Source: Candidatus Latescibacterota bacterium
GTDB lineage: Bacteria; Latescibacterota; UBA2968; UBA8231
Direction: 5' to 3'
NCBI GenBank assembly: GCA_965217585.1
Contig: OZ244561.1
Span: 480,001 to 544,000, forward strand
Length of the DNA stretch: 64,000 nucleotides
Shown: positions 60,107-64,000 of the stretch, piece after piece
Layout: each line of letters begins with the position of its first letter
Position numbering within the stretch: the first letter of the stretch is position 1
Notes under the pieces: generated by a model
Database searches by the model: none
The model's input: only the letters and a program-made list of their open reading frames with translations
What the model was told of the DNA's origin: nothing
Translations under genes and position numbers: made by a program

Positions 60107-60971
60107 GAAGCCGGTCCTCGGCAAGGGCATCAGCGCCCTTATCCCGGAATATGCCGAACCCAGCGGCCAAGGCGACGCCACGCGCCAGGTCGTCAATCTC
60201 AACGTCGACGAGATTGAACCCAACCCCTATCAAGCCCGCACCGAGTTCGACGAGGAGAGCATCGACGAGTTGATGCACTCGATCCAAGAGAAAGGCGTCA
60301 TCCAGCCCATCGCCGTCAACCGCATTGGCCAGAGCTACCAGATCATCGCCGGCGAGCGCCGCTGGCGGGCCACCAAAAAGGCGGGGATCCAAGAAATACC
60401 TGCGATCGTCCACGAAATCGAGTCTCAGCAAGACTTGATGGAGCTGTCGCTGATCGAGAACATCCAGCGCGAAAACCTGACCCCAATCGAAGAGGCCGAA
60501 GGCTACCGCTCGCTGACCGACAAGTGCTTTCTCACGCAAGAGGAAGTCGCCCGCAAGGTGGGGAAAAATCGCTCGACCGTGACCAATCTCCTCAGGCTGT
60601 TGCAATTGCCGCACGAAGTCCAAGAATTCTTGCGCCGCGGCCAATTGCAGATGGGGCACGCCCGCGCCCTGCTCGGCCTCGAAGAAGACGAAGACCGGCT
60701 CGCGCTGGCCCGCCAAGCGGTCGAAGAAAAAATGGCCGTCCGCGAAGTCGAAAAGGCGGTCGCCAATCAGCGCGCGGGCCGCAGCAAAAAGAAGGCTCCC
60801 AAAGAAGTCCCCAGCGACCCCCACATACGCGACTATGAGGAGCGATTGCAGCACCGCTTCGGCACGGCGGTCAACATCCGCCGCACAGCGAACAAGGGGT
60901 GGATCCAGGTCGAATTCTACAACGATGGCGATCTAGAGCGGCTACTCGACCTGATGATCGACGGCGAATGA
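60099..60971 (+). CDS. parB: Chromosome partitioning protein ParB/Spo0J
   Basis: LGKGISALI, PNPYQ.R, IIAGERRWRA, ENIQRE.L, HTH, GHARALL. Confidence 0.95.
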   Translation: MGKKPVLGKGISALIPEYAEPSGQGDATRQVVNLNVDEIEPNPYQARTEFDEESIDELMHSIQEKGVIQPIAVNRIGQSYQIIAGERRWRATKKAGIQEIPAIVHEIESQQDLMELSLIENIQRENLTPIEEAEGYRSLTDKCFLTQEEVARKVGKNRSTVTNLLRLLQLPHEVQEFLRRGQLQMGHARALLGLEEDEDRLALARQAVEEKMAVREVEKAVANQRAGRSKKKAPKEVPSDPHIRDYEERLQHRFGTAVNIRRTANKGWIQVEFYNDGDLERLLDLMIDGE

Positions 60972-62356
60972 ACCGTGGTTGGCGCCTCTTAGCCCCGCTC
61001 CTCGCCCTTGGCGCCTGCAGCTTGCTCCACGACGAGCTACCCAACGATCCCCCGACCGTGCATTTGGCGCGGATGACCTGCCAGTCGCCGGACACAGCTT
61101 CCCCAGACACCCTGATCAATAGCGCGGCTGCGGTCTGCCGGGTCCAGCGCGGTGGCGAGATTCGCTTTGAAATCCGCGCGGCCGACGAGGACGACGATCC
61201 TGTGTTCTACGAGTGGAGAGCCCCAGCCGGAGGCAGCTTCCGCGACTCGCAGGCCCAAGAGACCAACTCTTGGTTCGCTCCCCAAACCATCGCCGGATCC
61301 AGCGAGCAATTTGTCGTGCAGGTTCTCATAACCGACCGCAACTGCAATGCCAATGCCGTACCCGATCTAGCCGACCGCCAGCGCTGCGCCGAAGACGCGC
61401 GGGTGCTGGTCGAAAACTTCCTCGTGGAGGTTGTGCAACGTGAACCCGCGTTGGAAGTAACGGCCGACGCGACCAGCGCGTTTAGCGCGCCGCAGATATT
61501 TATCGACGCGTTTGGCACCGATCTAGACGGTGACCGGCTCGAATACCACTGGGAGCAGGTGGCCGGGGACAGCCTCGGCATTTGGCCAGAGGCCATCCAC
61601 GACGAGGAAACCGGTCGACAAATCGGTTCGCGTGCCGTCGTCGTCGCCTTTTTTCCCGGCAGCTACGAACTGCGCGTTGCCGCGAGTGACGGCGCAGCGA
61701 GCACGGAGCGCGAAATCGTCCTCCACTTTCCAATCGAGCCGCCATTGCCAGCTAGCGGCATGGTGCGCCTAACCCAGCCAACGAACAACCAAGCATACGA
61801 GATCGACGCGTACGAGTACCCCAACACCCAGGGCGAACGACCGCAGTCCGCCAAGTTTTTCCAAGCGGCGCGCCTGTGCGCGGCCGAAGGCAAGCGCCTG
61901 TGCAACCCGAGCGAGTGGCGCACCGCCTGTCAAGCTGGCCAAATGCGGCGCTTTTCTTCGACCGACAATTTGGATGACTACAGCAGCCACGACCACTTTG
62001 GCGTGCGCTTCTGCAACGTGCCGGGTTCGGTCTTTTCCCAATTCAGCACCAATCCAGCCGCACAGCTCGCGCCCTCCGGCTCGTTTCCCAACTGCGGCGG
62101 CGAGACCGGTGTCTTTGACTTGACGGGCAACATAGACGAGTGGATCGCCGCTGTTGACGACGCCGGCGACCTAGCGGTGTACATCGCAGCAAGCAGCGCA
62201 TCTGAGAGCGGTGCCTGCGACGGCGCGACCCGTCTGGGCATCCTGTCCATCGGGGGCCAAGACCCGTATGATCTAGAGGTCTTAGCGGAAATCGTCGCCG
62301 ACTGGCCCTTGCAAGACTACGAGCAGCCCCTCCTTGGCTTCCGCTGCTGCCGTTGA
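60968..62356 (+). CDS. Lipoprotein with Ig/PKD-like domains and C-terminal FGE-sulfatase (C-type lectin-fold) domain
   Basis: LGAC lipobox; D.D.D...Y.W motifs; IDAYEYPN, C...GKRLC...EW..AC, GVFDLTGN.DEW, GFRCC. Confidence 0.82.
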   Translation: MNRGWRLLAPLLALGACSLLHDELPNDPPTVHLARMTCQSPDTASPDTLINSAAAVCRVQRGGEIRFEIRAADEDDDPVFYEWRAPAGGSFRDSQAQETNSWFAPQTIAGSSEQFVVQVLITDRNCNANAVPDLADRQRCAEDARVLVENFLVEVVQREPALEVTADATSAFSAPQIFIDAFGTDLDGDRLEYHWEQVAGDSLGIWPEAIHDEETGRQIGSRAVVVAFFPGSYELRVAASDGAASTEREIVLHFPIEPPLPASGMVRLTQPTNNQAYEIDAYEYPNTQGERPQSAKFFQAARLCAAEGKRLCNPSEWRTACQAGQMRRFSSTDNLDDYSSHDHFGVRFCNVPGSVFSQFSTNPAAQLAPSGSFPNCGGETGVFDLTGNIDEWIAAVDDAGDLAVYIAASSASESGACDGATRLGILSIGGQDPYDLEVLAEIVADWPLQDYEQPLLGFRCCR

Positions 62357-62372
62357 TCCCAGGTTCCCAACT

Positions 62373-63137
62373 ATGGACCAAGACCAACTCCGCCACCTGC
62401 TAGAACAAGTCGCCACCGGTGATCTCGCGCCGAGCCAAGCCTTAGAGCGACTTAGAAATCTGCCCTTTGAAAACCTCGGGTTTGCCCACGTCGATCACCA
62501 CCGCGCCCTGCGCACTGGGTTCCCGGAAGTCATTTTCGGCCAAAGCAAGACCTGCGAGCAGGTGCTAGCCATTGCCGAGCGCATAACCGCGCATGGCGCA
62601 CAGGTGCTGGCCACCCGCGTCGAAGCGGCCACGGCCCAAGCACTCGTCGAGCGCTTTGATCGCGCCGAGCACGACCCCCTCGCCCGCACGGTCCTAGTAC
62701 CGAGGGCCGAACGGCCCGCGCCCGAGGGCCTAGTGGCCGTAGTCGCAGCCGGCACCTCGGACTTGCCCGTGGCCCGCGAAGCTGTCGTCACGGCCCGCGC
62801 CATGGGCGCGCATGTCGAGGAAGTTTGCGATGTCGGCGTCGCCGGCCTGCACCGCCTCCTAGCGTACCGCGAGCTCTTGCAGCGGGCTCAGGCCATCGTC
62901 GTGGTCGCCGGGATGGAGGGCGCGCTCGCCAGCGTCGTCGGCGGGCTGGTGGATGTTCCGGTCGTGGCCGTGCCGACTAGCGTGGGTTACGGCGCGAGTT
63001 TCCACGGCCTCGCCGCCCTCTTGGCCATGCTCAACTCCTGTGCGGCCGGCGTGGTTGTCGTCAACATCGACAACGGCTTTGGCGCTGGGTACGCAGCCGC
63101 CCAGATCAACCGCCGCCCCAGCCAGCACCCCGAATGA
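62373..63137 (+). CDS. larB: Nickel pincer cofactor biosynthesis protein LarB
   Basis: DHHRALRTGFPEV, AGTSD, DVGVAGLHRL, AGMEGAL, PTSVGYG, VVNIDNGFGA. Confidence 0.95.
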   Translation: MDQDQLRHLLEQVATGDLAPSQALERLRNLPFENLGFAHVDHHRALRTGFPEVIFGQSKTCEQVLAIAERITAHGAQVLATRVEAATAQALVERFDRAEHDPLARTVLVPRAERPAPEGLVAVVAAGTSDLPVAREAVVTARAMGAHVEEVCDVGVAGLHRLLAYRELLQRAQAIVVVAGMEGALASVVGGLVDVPVVAVPTSVGYGASFHGLAALLAMLNSCAAGVVVVNIDNGFGAGYAAAQINRRPSQHPE

Positions 63138-63742
63138 TCCACGTCGCCGTGCTAGCCGGCGGCCAGAGCCGACGCATGGGCCGCGACAAGGCCCTCCTGC
63201 AACTAGGCGACCAGACCCTAATCGAGCGCGTTCTCGCTGCAGCGCGTCCCCTCGGCTATCCCTGCCTCATCGTCGGCGACCCCGCCGCCTATGCCCACCT
63301 CGGGCTACCCGTCCATCCCGACCGCCACCCAGGGCTCGGGCCGTTGGGCGGCCTGCACACCGCGCTCGGCGCGACTGCCGCGCCCGTGCTCCTCCTCGCC
63401 TGCGACTTGCCCTTTCTCACCCCGGACTTCCTCCGCTACCTCGCCGACCGACGCGGGCCTCATCAAGCGGTCGTGCCCTATACGGCCGCAGGACTGCAAC
63501 CGCTCTGCGCGCTCTATGAGCCGTCCTGCTTGGCGGCCGTAGAATCCGCCATACAGGCCGGCCAGCTCGGCATGCGCAGCCTGCTGCACAATCTGAGTTT
63601 GGATTTGGTAAGGGAAAAGGACTGGCGGCCCTACGACGAGCACGGCCTGCTTTTTGCCAATCTCAACGCGCCCGAAGAGTATGAGCGGGCGCAAGCCGCA
63701 CTCCTAAAACCCGGCATCCACCACGCTCAGCACCAACAATAG
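63134..63742 (+). CDS. mobA: Molybdenum cofactor guanylyltransferase MobA-like NTP transferase
   Basis: LAGGQSRRMGRDKA, GPLGG, ACDLP, PLCALY, N.NAPE. Confidence 0.85.
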   Translation: MIHVAVLAGGQSRRMGRDKALLQLGDQTLIERVLAAARPLGYPCLIVGDPAAYAHLGLPVHPDRHPGLGPLGGLHTALGATAAPVLLLACDLPFLTPDFLRYLADRRGPHQAVVPYTAAGLQPLCALYEPSCLAAVESAIQAGQLGMRSLLHNLSLDLVREKDWRPYDEHGLLFANLNAPEEYERAQAALLKPGIHHAQHQQ

Positions 63743-64000
63743 CGGCAGATAGAGCACCGAAGCCTTGAGCAGTCGCCGCGCACTGGTTACCGAGCGAGAG
63801 ATACTAAGCGCGAGACCGGAGGCGAGGAACAGCGTGCCCAACACCAGCACCCCGATTAGATAGAACGACCCGGTGAGGCCCATGAACGAAGGCATCACCG
63901 AAAAAATCAGCAGCAGCACCAAGTAGCCCATGATCTGCCAGCAGGTGCTGTTCCCATCCGGCTCGACGACGGGTAGCATCTTGAAACCGCCGCGCCGATA
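63704..64000 (-). CDS. cyoE: Protoheme IX farnesyltransferase (heme o synthase), 3' part
   Basis: YRRGGFKMLPVV...ARRLLKASVLYL; open to the window edge. Confidence 0.8.
   Translation of the reverse strand, partial: YRRGGFKMLPVVEPDGNSTCWQIMGYLVLLLIFSVMPSFMGLTGSFYLIGVLVLGTLFLASGLALSISRSVTSARRLLKASVLYLPLLLVLSVVDAGF

Noticed and set aside
59339-60971. Plasmid or prophage partition module, or a nearby parS/oriC
   Set aside because: These are chromosomal Soj/Spo0J types among housekeeping genes; I saw no parS palindrome or DnaA-box cluster.
60968-62356. FGE/C-type lectin-fold domain as a diversity-generating retroelement target
   Set aside because: There is no reverse transcriptase or template repeat in the window, and the differences between duplicated genes are not adenine-specific.

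Overview
GC-rich Gram-negative bacterial DNA with no rRNA, tRNA, CRISPR array, transposase or phage genes that I can see. The gene style suggests an FCB-adjacent lineage such as Latescibacterota: FlgD-Ig C-terminal domains, C-terminal (S/T)WGxIK tails, and CRTAC1/ASPIC plus TPR clusters. That taxonomy is an inference. Bases 1-41.8 kb form a large cell-envelope locus. It holds five paralogous 830-1100 aa secreted proteins that all end in a P(N)xFTPNGDG(I/V)ND...WDGRD..G..V/APPG(I/L)Y...AY* domain; four of them form two tandem duplications whose junctions are still readable. These sit with an unannotated ~916 aa putative outer-membrane beta-barrel, a lipoprotein, a PpiC-type foldase, an SGNH hydrolase, two CBM9/DOMON-like proteins, two GT-C glycosyltransferases, TPR and CRTAC1 proteins, TolB-like and CsgG/FlgT-like proteins, larA and galU. 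Bases 41.8-64 kb are mostly metabolic or housekeeping: PfkB kinase, acyl-CoA ligase, a TSP3-loop barrel, an enolase-family enzyme, two M19 dipeptidases, ilvBN, a TonB receptor, a Gfo/Idh/MocA oxidoreductase, ppdK, parAB, an FGE-domain lipoprotein, larB, mobA and partial cyoE. The best candidate for an undescribed system is the minus-strand cassette 'FlgD/type-B-CTD cargo + barrel + lipoprotein + PPIase', a possible dedicated export or surface-assembly module that may be coupled to D-(S/T)-x O-glycosylation. All family calls are from motif recognition by eye, not database searches.
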